Part shown: positions 12,481 to 21,409 of the stretch, in pieces
Numbering within the stretch: position 1 is the first letter of the stretch
How the letters are laid out: the number at the start of each line of letters is the position of its first letter
Assembly (NCBI GenBank): GCA_043228905.1
Contig: JBHGNT010000003.1
Span: 20,460,001 to 20,524,000 of the forward strand
Direction of reading: 5' to 3'
Source: Azolla caroliniana
Taxonomy: Eukaryota > Plantae > Polypodiophyta
Length of the DNA stretch: 64,000 nucleotides
Notes under the pieces: model-generated
What the model was told of the DNA's origin: nothing
Seen by the model: only the letters and a program-made list of their open reading frames with translations
Databases searched by the model: none
Position numbers and translations under genes: made by a program

Positions 12481-12526
12481 ATCGGCAAATGCATTTCGCC
12501 TCGATGGAGGCTCTTCAGTGCCCGAT
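12481..12526 (-). ncRNA. Minimal type I hammerhead ribozyme
   Basis: Minus strand AUCGGGCA-CUGAAGA-GCCUC(CAUC)GAGGC-GAAA-UGC-AUU/UGCCGAU: both conserved core boxes, 5-bp stem II, palindromic AUGCAU minimal stem III, stem I with one bulge; predicted cleavage between 12488 and 12487. Confidence 0.88.
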
Positions 12527-12688
12527 GTACAAATGATGAAAACTAAGCCTACTAGGTTGCTCTTTTTATAGGGAGAGGGAGGAGAGTCCTTTGTATGTGG
12601 GACATACAAAAGTGTGTACAAAGGGAAGGTAAAAGAGTGTACACAAGACTTTAGGTGGGGGTTAAGAGGGGTGAGAGTACATAAAACA

Positions 12689-14422
12689 TTAGGTGGGGGG
12701 AAAGGATGCGTGTACTAGGTGGTTTCTTAGTTTTTTACCATTTAGCCAACACGTGAGAGGGGGTGTAAGGGAACTGTATTGTGGTTGTCCTAGAAGGGGT
12801 TTAAGTTTGTTTCTCACGAGCGCTCCGATTTGGAGTTTTTTGATACAAGGGGAGTATCGAAGCTTTAAAACAATGGGTGGAGGTTTTTTGTTGTTGGGTT
12901 GGTTAGAGAGTAGTTGGTTTCGTATGGAGTAGGGGACGGTCGAAAAACACTTGAGTAGGAACTTCGATGGGTAGCCCCTAGCTCTTAGGCGGTCGTAGAA
13001 CTTTTTGCGTAGTTCCATGTAGCCATTTTCCGAGCTCTCCCGAATAGCATACCGTTTTAGTTCGCCCGTGATGAAGCCCTTTTTGTGTGCTATGGGGTGC
13101 GAGGATTTCCACGGGAGGTACATGTAGGCATTGAGAGGTTTTTGGTGGCATGTGGTGTCGAGGATGCCGAATTCTTTAAAGTATGGGCCTTTGAAGAAGA
13201 CGACGTCCAAGATGGTGATCTCTTTAGGGGAGGTTGTTGATTCAATACGGATGTGTTGTTGTAGAGGCACGCCGTATTGGTGTAAGAAGGTGTGAAGTGT
13301 ATCGGGGGAACCTTCCCAAACTCCTATGGCATCATCAATGTAGCGTTTGTAGTAGAGTAGTTGCGGTGTTTGGAAAGCTAGGTTGTCGTCCTCTAGCTGC
13401 GAAAGAAACAAGCAAGCGTAAACAACCGCAAAATTACTACCCATCGCGGTGCCTTTAATTTGTAACCAAAAAGCATTATTAAAGGAGAGAAAATTGTTTC
13501 TAAGTATTAGTTCGGCAACACTCATAATGATTTTGGTTTTGTGTGGTGGGAAATGATGTGAAATAGATTTTTTAAAAACCAATAGACCTTCCGTGGTAGG
13601 TATACTGGGATATAGTGACACTACGTCAAAAGAAAACAACGTGCAAGTTTTGGGGAAGGTGTGGTGTGCTAGGTCCTTAACAAGTGTTAAGGAGTCTTTG
13701 AGGTGTTGTTTTTTAGACAATAAGACAGGATGTAGTAGATGGTGTAGCCATTTAGAGGCTCTTTCGAAAACATAATTGTTGTAGGCGCAAATAGGGCGTC
13801 CTACAACAATGGGCTTGTGGATTTTGGGGATGATGTAGAAACGACATATCCTGAAACCATGTTTGGGTTTCTGAAGGAGGAATCTAATTTCCTCATTGGA
13901 GAGGTGGGGGGAAGCTTTCAGACATAGGTGTTCAAGTCGACTGTGGAGAGTTTCTAGGGGGACGTCTTTGACGGGGGTGTAAGTGTTTTTGTCGTTGAGC
14001 TGTCTAAGGCATTCGTTAAGGTACCAATCCTTAGAGAGAATGCACGTGCCTAGATTTTTATCCGCGGGTTTAATAACTATGTCTTGATTTTTTTTGAGAT
14101 TGTGTAGTGCAGTTCTAAAGTTCCTATGAGGGCGAGGTTGGATGGTGGGTGGGGAGGGGAGGGCAGAGGTGATAGATGTGATGGTTTGTGTGATTTCTGG
14201 CACGGCTGGGGGATTCCAACTGGGGTTCGGTATTCTAAATGGAGAGATAATGTTAGTAGAGTTTCTAAAGAAATATTTGAGGCGGTAAGTTCTATCCAAG
14301 GATACAACGGCATCTATCAATTGTTGTTTTCTAATAGGTTGGGGTGGGGGAATAAAGTCTAGACCTAAGCTTAGAAGTTTGAGTTGGGGTGGAGGAAGGT
14401 GGAAAGAGGAAAGGTTGTGCAA
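12689..14422 (-). CDS. Penelope-like reverse transcriptase (577 aa from a TTG; frame is stop-free up to 15028); no GIY-YIG domain
   Basis: PLE motifs LSLGLDFIP, IVIKPADKNLG, FYIIPKIHK..GRPI, FDVVSLYPSIP, QIKGTAMGS, RYIDD, KP.N...YLPWKSSHP, L.ARGYP, LRNHLVHA; stop immediately after the thumb region. Confidence 0.93.
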   Translation of the reverse strand: MHNLSSFHLPPPQLKLLSLGLDFIPPPQPIRKQQLIDAVVSLDRTYRLKYFFRNSTNIISPFRIPNPSWNPPAVPEITQTITSITSALPSPPTIQPRPHRNFRTALHNLKKNQDIVIKPADKNLGTCILSKDWYLNECLRQLNDKNTYTPVKDVPLETLHSRLEHLCLKASPHLSNEEIRFLLQKPKHGFRICRFYIIPKIHKPIVVGRPICAYNNYVFERASKWLHHLLHPVLLSKKQHLKDSLTLVKDLAHHTFPKTCTLFSFDVVSLYPSIPTTEGLLVFKKSISHHFPPHKTKIIMSVAELILRNNFLSFNNAFWLQIKGTAMGSNFAVVYACLFLSQLEDDNLAFQTPQLLYYKRYIDDAIGVWEGSPDTLHTFLHQYGVPLQQHIRIESTTSPKEITILDVVFFKGPYFKEFGILDTTCHQKPLNAYMYLPWKSSHPIAHKKGFITGELKRYAIRESSENGYMELRKKFYDRLRARGYPSKFLLKCFSTVPYSIRNQLLSNQPNNKKPPPIVLKLRYSPCIKKLQIGALVRNKLKPLLGQPQYSSLTPPLTCWLNGKKLRNHLVHASFPPT

Positions 14423-14490
14423 TGAGTGATTAGTGATCCTATTCTCGAGCTGGGAGGGTGTTTGCCTTCCCAGTAAAATGTGGAGGTAGG

Positions 14491-15138
14491 TTAACGGTTG
14501 AAGAAGCGGGAGCCAATGTAATTTTCTAAGTCTACCCCTACGTATTTTCTTGGTAGAGGATTTAGTTTCGGTCCCGTGGTGCGTGTGTTGGGTGCGCCTT
14601 GCGGGACTGGGGGCCGGGGATGAGGAGTAGGTCGTTTGACTGTGGGCCGGGGGTAAGGCGTGGGTCGTGAAATTGGGGGTCGAGGGACTGGGGGTTGAAG
14701 GACTGGGGGTCGAGGAACTGAGGGTCGAGGATAGGACCGTGTGGTGGGTTTGAAGGTCTCGAAGTGAGACATTGATTGTTTCATGGGTGGGGGTAGGGAG
14801 GTAGGTGGTGGTACATTCATCGGGACAAATATAGGGTACGTGGGGGGTATGGGATGTGTGGGTGGTACGGGATAAGCATAGCTTTGTCCATAACTTGGGA
14901 TAAAGGACTGGGTCCTTAAGAAGGAGGTGGGGGCAGTGGGGGATGAATTTGATAATTTGTGTGTCCTTGTGCCCCCGTTTTTTGTCGGGGGCATAGCCGT
15001 GTTTTTTGGATGTGTGTTGGGGTTTTCCTTATTAATTTTCTCTAGGAACGGTTTAAGGTAATTGTCTACTTGATTCTTGATCTTTTTTAGCCCATCATCT
15101 ATTAGAGTATTTATTGTTTTTTCTTTGCCCATCGTCAT
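14491..15138 (-). CDS. PLE ORF1: short amphipathic helical segment followed by a Pro/Arg-rich low-complexity region
   Basis: Stop-free frame 15146-14491; native ATGs at 15138 and 15132 (the ORF-track start at 15156 lies in junction filler DNA); PRPPVL/PRPPIS/PRPTVK repeats. Confidence 0.7.
   Translation of the reverse strand: MTMGKEKTINTLIDDGLKKIKNQVDNYLKPFLEKINKENPNTHPKNTAMPPTKNGGTRTHKLSNSSPTAPTSFLRTQSFIPSYGQSYAYPVPPTHPIPPTYPIFVPMNVPPPTSLPPPMKQSMSHFETFKPTTRSYPRPSVPRPPVLQPPVPRPPISRPTPYPRPTVKRPTPHPRPPVPQGAPNTRTTGPKLNPLPRKYVGVDLENYIGSRFFNR
14970..15007 (-). promoter_or_regulatory. Putative -1 programmed ribosomal frameshift signal (ORF1 to RT)
   Basis: A AAA AAC (15007-15001) in ORF1 frame, spacer ACGGCUA, hairpin UGCCCCCG-ACAAAAAA-CGGGGGCA (14993-14970); RT is the -1 frame and opens 21 nt upstream. 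Confidence 0.75.
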
Positions 15139-15160
15139 GGATTTCGAGGCCGGCATTACG

Positions 15161-17855
15161 CAGCAAGGCCGGCATTACGCATCTATCTAGAGCCGGATAC
15201 ATCCCTAAACTCTCCTTCTCCGACCATCAATTCTGCGAACATTGCCAGTATGGCAAACAAGCAGCCGCATCACACCCGACATCAGCACCAAGAGAAACGA
15301 GACCTCTCGATTTGGTCCACTCGGACGTCTGTGGCCCAATGCCGCATCAGTCTCTCGGCGGTGCCTCTTACTTCGTCAGTTTTATTGACGATTCGACTCG
15401 AAAGGTGTGGGCTTATCCAATTCGCACCAAAGATCGTGTCTTCTCGATCTTCTCCGATTGGCTCGCTATGGTAGAAAATCAAACCGACCGAAAACTGAAA
15501 TGCTTTCGGACCGACAATGGGGGAGAGTTCAAATCAGAAGAATTCGTCAAATTCTGCCGACAACGCGGCATCCGACGTGAATTTACGGCACCACACAGTC
15601 CGGAGCAAAACGGGATTGCAGAACGAATGAATCGGACAATCCAAGAACGGATAGTTTCCATGCTCCAACACTCCGGACTGTCGGATGGCTTCTGGGCAGA
15701 GGCTCTACTCACGGCAGTACACATAATCAATATGTCGCCAAGCAGACCTCTAGGACTTCAAATTCCTCAGGAACTATGGATCGGCAGTAAGCCGAATTAC
15801 GACAAGCTGAGGATCTTCGGATGCGAGGCGTACGCCCTTATTCCGAAAGATGATCGCCGAAAACTTGCACCTCGGTTCAGGAAATGCATTTTCCTTGGAT
15901 ATGGATCAGACGGCGAAATGGGATACCGACTCTGGGACCCCGAACGCAGACAAATCGTTCGAAGTTCGGACGTTGTGTTCAACGAGTCGGCTATGAATCC
16001 ATCAGTCAAAACACCGATCGAAGTCCGAAGGGTAACATTTTCCGATGTGCCGACCCTTCAAGAAGGCCCCGCTCTTAACACACGGTCAGCTTCACGGGTA
16101 GCTGAACCTTACACTACCGACTCGGACAACTCCGACTCGGCACAGCAGGATAATTCGCTTTCGGACCATCCGACCTCGATACCCGATACGACCAGTCCAA
16201 TCATACCTCGACGATCCGAGAGACTGTCGCAACCTCCGGAGAGGTATTCTCCTGGAATTTTCTTCACCGACGCCGGCGAACCGACGTCTTACGAAGAAGC
16301 ATCGACATCTGTCGATTCAGCCACCTGGCATCTGGCGATGGAGTCGGAAATGCACTCCATTCGGGCAAACAAGACTTGGGATCTGGTCGAATTACCTAAG
16401 AATCGACGTGCTCTTCCTTGCAAGTGGGTTTATCGACTAAAAGAGACGTCTGATTCGACCACCCCAAAGTACAAGGCCAGATTAGTTGCGAAGGGCTTCC
16501 GACAAGAATATGGCGTCGACTTCGACGAGATTTTTTCACCAGTGGTGAAAATGACAACCCTTCGTTTTCTACTCGGCGTAGTGGCAGCCGACAACTTGGA
16601 GCTGATTCAGCTAGATGTCAAAACAGCCTTCCTCCATGGTGATCTTGAAGAGGAAATTTATATGGAGCAGCCAAAAGGCTTCGTGGCAACTGGCCAAGAA
16701 CATCTAGTCTGCCGACTCAGGAAGAGTCTATACGGCCTCAAACAGGCACCGCGACAATGGTACAAGAAGTTCGACGACTTCATCCAATCGATCGGCTTCT
16801 CAAAAAGCGATGAGGACCATTGCCTTTTTACCAACACAGCTCAAGATGGATCACCCATCTTCCTCATCATTTACGTGGACGACATGCTAATTTCTGGACG
16901 CCACGCGGGCGAACTTGCCGATCTCATTCGGCAACTGCGGTTGAAGTTTGCCATGAAGGACCTCGGTCCGGCACGACACATACTCGGCATGAAGATTAGT
17001 CGGCATCGCGACAAACGACATCTTTTTTTGTCTCAGACCGACTATATCGGACGTGTCTTGGAACGCTTCAACATGCAATCAGCCAAATCTGCTTCAACCC
17101 CGCTCCCCATGAATCTTCGGCTCTCTCAGCGAGACTGCCCGACATCCGGTCCGGAGGGGGAAGATATGAAGTCGGTACCGTATGCACCGGCAGTCGGCTC
17201 CCTTATGTACCTGATGGTCGCGACACGGCCTGATATCTCTCATGCCGTAGGAGTCGTTAGCAGATTTATGCACAATCCTGGCCGATCGCATTGGAACGCA
17301 GTCAAGCATGTGTTCAAATATCTGGCTGGCACAAAAGACCACGGCATTCTTTTCGGACCGAACTCAACCTCAGGCGTAGTCGGTTACACCGACTCGGACT
17401 TCGCCGGCTGTATAGACAGTCGGAAATCAACAACCGGATACTGCTTCAAATTCGGCAATGGAGCAATTTCGTGGAAGTCGAAACTTCAGGAGTGCACAAC
17501 GACCTCAACGACCGAAGCAGAATATGTAGCTGCGTCCGACGCTGCAAAAGAAGCTTTGTGGCTCGGCCGGCTGGCGCACACGTTTCGGCAAGTCGACCAT
17601 GACTCGGCTCCAGTTGTCTATAGCGACAGTCAAGGTGCTGTTGCCTTGTCGAGAAATCCGGTTCACCACAACGCCTCCAAACATATCGACGTTCGATATC
17701 ACTTCGTTCGGGACTGCGTCATTTCAGGGAAAATCGGTCTAGAGAAAATATCCACAACCGACAATGTCGCAGATGGAATGACCAAGTGTCTTTCGGCAGA
17801 CCGCTTTCGGTCTCTTCGGCATCAGATGGGCGTAACGACAAACCAGTCCGGTTAG
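15161..17855 (+). CDS. Integrase-RT-RNase H of copia copy 1 (uninterrupted but decapitated)
   Basis: CEHCQYGK, LVHSDVCGP, RTDNGGEF, QNGIAER, YVDDML, ADGMTK; near-identical to copy 2. Confidence 0.92.
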
Positions 17856-18231
17856 AGCCGGACACAGCGCAGGATGGTTTCGGACAACCGACATCAGTTC
17901 CTTAATGATCGGCTTCAACTCTTCCGACCCGACCAGTCCGGTCTTCTGCCTTCGGACACTGCCGACTCGAACAAAACTGATATGTCCGAGAACCTAGGTT
18001 TATACCTGTAATCTTAGACAACCCATGTATACGCCCATTACGGGGGAGTGTCGAATACAAGTGTATAATGGACGTATTCACACTATCCTTTTGTATAGCT
18101 CAAGTTTGGGCCATTTGTGTAATTAGCATAAAGGGTAGTTGCCCTAAGTTTGTCACTATATAAAGTGACCTTGTAACCTTTTTGTAAGGTTGGTTGTATT
18201 ATTGTTTCTATTGAATAGAAAGTCTTTTGTG

Positions 18232-18298
<67 letters not shown>

Positions 18299-18390
18299 AC
18301 GATCTTGGAAACTGCCATATGCAGGTACTCAACTCGAATCGAATGCTATTTGATCTTCCGCATCGACACGGCCTTGTCTTCAACAGTTGT

Positions 18391-19208
18391 CACAAGAGAA
18401 ATATGTGACAAAAGTATTGCAAAGATTTAATACGTTGGATGCAAAACCTGTTGGATTTGCATTGTTGACAAATTGTAAGCTAAATGCTAGTCAAAGTCCG
18501 AAAAGTGAGAAGGATAAGGCTAAGATGAGAAGGGTGTCGTATGCCTCGGTCGTTGGAAGCCTAATGTATGGTATGGTATGTACTAGGCCGGACATTGTGT
18601 TAGTTGTTGGAACAGTAAGTCGTTACATGAGTAACCCTAGAAGGGAGCATTAGACAGTTGTAAAGTGGATACTCAGATATTTGAAAGGCACTTCAAGTGT
18701 ATGCCTTAGGTATGGCTCTGGGAAACCTATGCTCGAAGGTTTCACATATTCTAACATGTCGAGGGATGTAGATTCCAACCGATCCACATCAGGATATGTG
18801 ATAACTTATGCAGGGGGAACTGTATCATGGCAATCAAGATTGCAAAAGGTTGTGGGCCTGTCAACCACAGAGGCCGAGTATATGGCTACAATGGAGGCCA
18901 GGAAAGAATTAAATTGGATGAAGAATTTTCTCAGTGAACTAGGAATGAAGCAAGAAAGATTCCTACTTCACCGTGATAACCAAAGTGCCATACATTTAGC
19001 CAAGAATGTTGCCTACCACTCTCGTACCAAGCACATACAGAGGAGGTACCATTGGTTGCGAGAGAAAGTGGATGAAAATGGCTTTACTCTAGTGAAGATC
19101 CATACTGAGGAAAATGGATTAGATATGCGTACGAAGGTTTTACCTATGGAAAAACTCAATGCTTGCTTACTGAAGACAAGTCTGGCCAACTCTACCTTAC
19201 ATGAGTGA
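18391..19208 (+). pseudogene. RT/RNase H remainder of the outer copia
   Basis: SQEKYVTKVLQRF, YASVVGSLMY, SWQSRLQ, STTEAEY, DNQSAIHLAKN; internal stop at 18651-18653. Confidence 0.9.
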
Positions 19209-19242
19209 AGGGGGAGTTTGTAAAGAATTAGATACAATTTTG

Positions 19243-19256
19243 TGTAACAGAAGGGT

Positions 19257-19313
<57 letters not shown>

Positions 19314-19580
19314 CAGAAAATTGTATTAACAAGGGAATACAATAACCAACAGTTACAAAGAGAAGGAGAAGGTGGTTATGTAGTCACCTTCTCTCTATGT
19401 TCTCTCACTAAAACCACCATTTGGAAAGAGATGGAGACTTAACTACCTACTAAATATGTTTCATAGGACAAGTAACTTCTATGACACTTAGTTTATAATA
19501 CAAGGGGGTGGGGTGTTCACACACTTGGGCATTCCTAAGGTGTGTTCCCACACTAGGAAAGTTGAGTTTGATTCTCAACA
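19243..19580 (-). mobile_element. LTR-like segment between the PPT and the 3' LTR remnant of the outer copia
   Basis: TG...CA ends (tgtaaca...tcaaca), TATA-like motif and (CT)n on the minus strand; unrelated to the 6212-6990 LTR; no matching TSD. Confidence 0.4.
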
Positions 19581-19689
19581 GGGATCGATTGAATTGAGGA
19601 TCAACCAAATTGAAGGTCATTGAGGGTCGATTGGTAGGATTGACCAGATGGTTGACCTATGGGTTTGACGGCCAAACCAACCAATAAAC

Positions 19690-19722
<33 letters not shown>

Positions 19723-21409
19723 AGAGAGTATGTATGTATGTATGTATATGTATATGTCTATGTATATATGTATATGTATAGGGCAATAGGATTATCACCT
19801 TATGTATGTGAGAGCAAAGCTGAAAGTGAGCATGCAAGCGATAGAGAGCTGGGATAGCGCAAGTGAAGAAGACAAAGTGAAGAGAGAGCAACAGTGAGAC
19901 AGAGAGAAGAGAGAAAGAAAGAAAGGGGCAGCCATTGTTTTGTGGAATTTGCCCAAACCCTATAAGTGGTTTCAGACAACAATCTGTGGTACCATATACG
20001 TGAGCAGGCATTGTCATCCTATGCACCATTGTTCTATAGTAAGCTTTGTTTCCTCTCTAGTGTTTGATATGTTATTTCTTTGAGTCTTTCCCTTAGCAAG
20101 CAAGGGATTGGAGCTCCTAATTATATTGCAAATCTCTCTGAATTATTACCCTTTGGGCCATAATTAAGCATGCCAATTGATTTGTGTAATTAAACTTAAT
20201 TAATGGATTAATTAACGCAAAGTAATTAGTAGTAAATCGTAATCACTAAAGAGAAAGAGAATATAAAAAAAGCTCTCTCTCAAACTGATCTCTGTCTGTC
20301 TACCTGTCTCTCTGTCTCTGTCTCTGTCTCTGTCTCTGTCTGTCGCTCAATTCTGCTCTTCTTCTTCGATCGATCGATCGATCGATCGAATCGTCGAGCG
20401 GTCGTGACGTCGCCTGTTCGATCCTCCGAAGCTTTCCTTCTGAGAATCGGATGTTTTCCTGCAGGAAACTAGAAGTAGCTGGACGCTTTTACCCCCTCAG
20501 TAACTGAAAGCTTCTATGCAGAAAGCTCGAAACTTTTATTCAGGAGATTTGCAGCGTTTCTTACAGAAAATTCGAAGCTTTTCTTCAGGAAATTGCAATA
20601 TTTCCTCATTAGGTTCCAAGTATTGATCCTTCCCTCCTTCTGTTTCTTTCTTCCTTTCTTTCTCTGTCTTCAATCTGCCTTTCTGATTCCGTTCCTCTTA
20701 AAGCTCTTCTAGTCTAAGGAATCGTCTCAGCTTCGATATCCATCCTCCTACAGTCGTTGTCTCTTGCTGAAAAATCGAGACTTTTGTCAGAAATTGCAGG
20801 TATATTTGATCTATCCCTTCCCCTTTTCAAGAGATTGATATAATCTGATTTGTTTTGACTGGTCTATAACAGTTAACTTCTCCACTTGTTTCCTCTGTAT
20901 TTTTTCTATATCTCAGTTTCCCTTCTTGATTCCATTCCCTTAAAAACTCTGACCACTTTCATCCGTTTCTATACCGCTTTGGTGCGTTTATCAGCTTCGA
21001 TCTTTCATTCGGCTTCAAGCATTGTTTCTTTCCTGTCTGGAAGTCAACCTTTTAGCCAGAAACTTCAGTTATTGATCTTATTGATTCTCTTTAACTTTTT
21101 CTGTTCAGTTTCTCACTATGTATCCATATATTTCCTTTTGTTTCTCTCCCACGATTCTCCTTTCCTGGCGTTCGTTCCCATTATTAAACTTTGTCTCTGT
21201 TTCGTCTATTTCAGACAATTTTTTTCCGAGTCTTTCTTTCTTTACCTTTCCCTCAACGTTTCACTTCTGTGCTGTTTCTCGTTTTCCTTCCTCAATCTTT
21301 TCTTCACTTCTTTCTCCTTTCATCCTTCCCGCTAAAATATTACTCAAATTTATCTGTTTCCCCCCCCCTTCAGACCGTTTCCAGAAGATTGAAGGCGTGT
21401 GTTAAGACG

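Larger units (their letters stand above)
11573..15146 (-). mobile_element. Penelope-like retroelement (PLE), apparently endonuclease-lacking, probably 5'-truncated, with oligo(A) 3' end
   Basis: Absent from the sister copia; T8 at 11573-11580; PLE-type RT ORF; hammerhead motif; Pro-rich upstream ORF; no TSD. Confidence 0.9.
9979..18385 (+). mobile_element. Young Ty1/copia element (copy 1), internally deleted and carrying a PLE insert
   Basis: LTRs 9979-10295 and 18049-18385 (TGTCGAA...TCAACA), identical by eye except (CT)n length; TSD GTTGT (9974-9978, 18386-18390); PBS TGGTATCAGAGC 10298-10309; PPT GGGGGAG 18042-18048. Confidence 0.97.
6212..20105 (+). mobile_element. Old degenerate Ty1/copia (Tnt1/Tork-like) LTR retrotransposon, interrupted by nested elements
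   Basis: 5' LTR 6212-6990 (TGTTAG...CAACA); fragmented gag (CCYCGKTGHFQKNC), protease (WVVDSGAS), integrase (LVHTDVC, FIDDYSR), RT ([27 protein letters not shown]) at 7002-9978, continuing 18391-19208 (RNase H, STTEAEY); PPT gaagggggag ~19207-19216; diverged partial 3' LTR ~19600-20105. Confidence 0.9.

Noticed and set aside
12689-14422. Telomerase (TERT), group II intron or retron RT
   Set aside because: No TERT T/CP/QFP motifs and no YADD or retron VTG signatures; motifs, hammerhead and oligo(A) fit a PLE
15114-15160. N-terminal extensions of the 913-aa (+) and 221-aa (-) ORFs
   Set aside because: Artefacts of reading across the PLE/filler/copia junction
20886-21405. Hydrophobic 149-aa and 95-aa ORFs before cyclin T
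   Set aside because: Pyrimidine-rich 5' UTR intron ending in an AG acceptor near 21373
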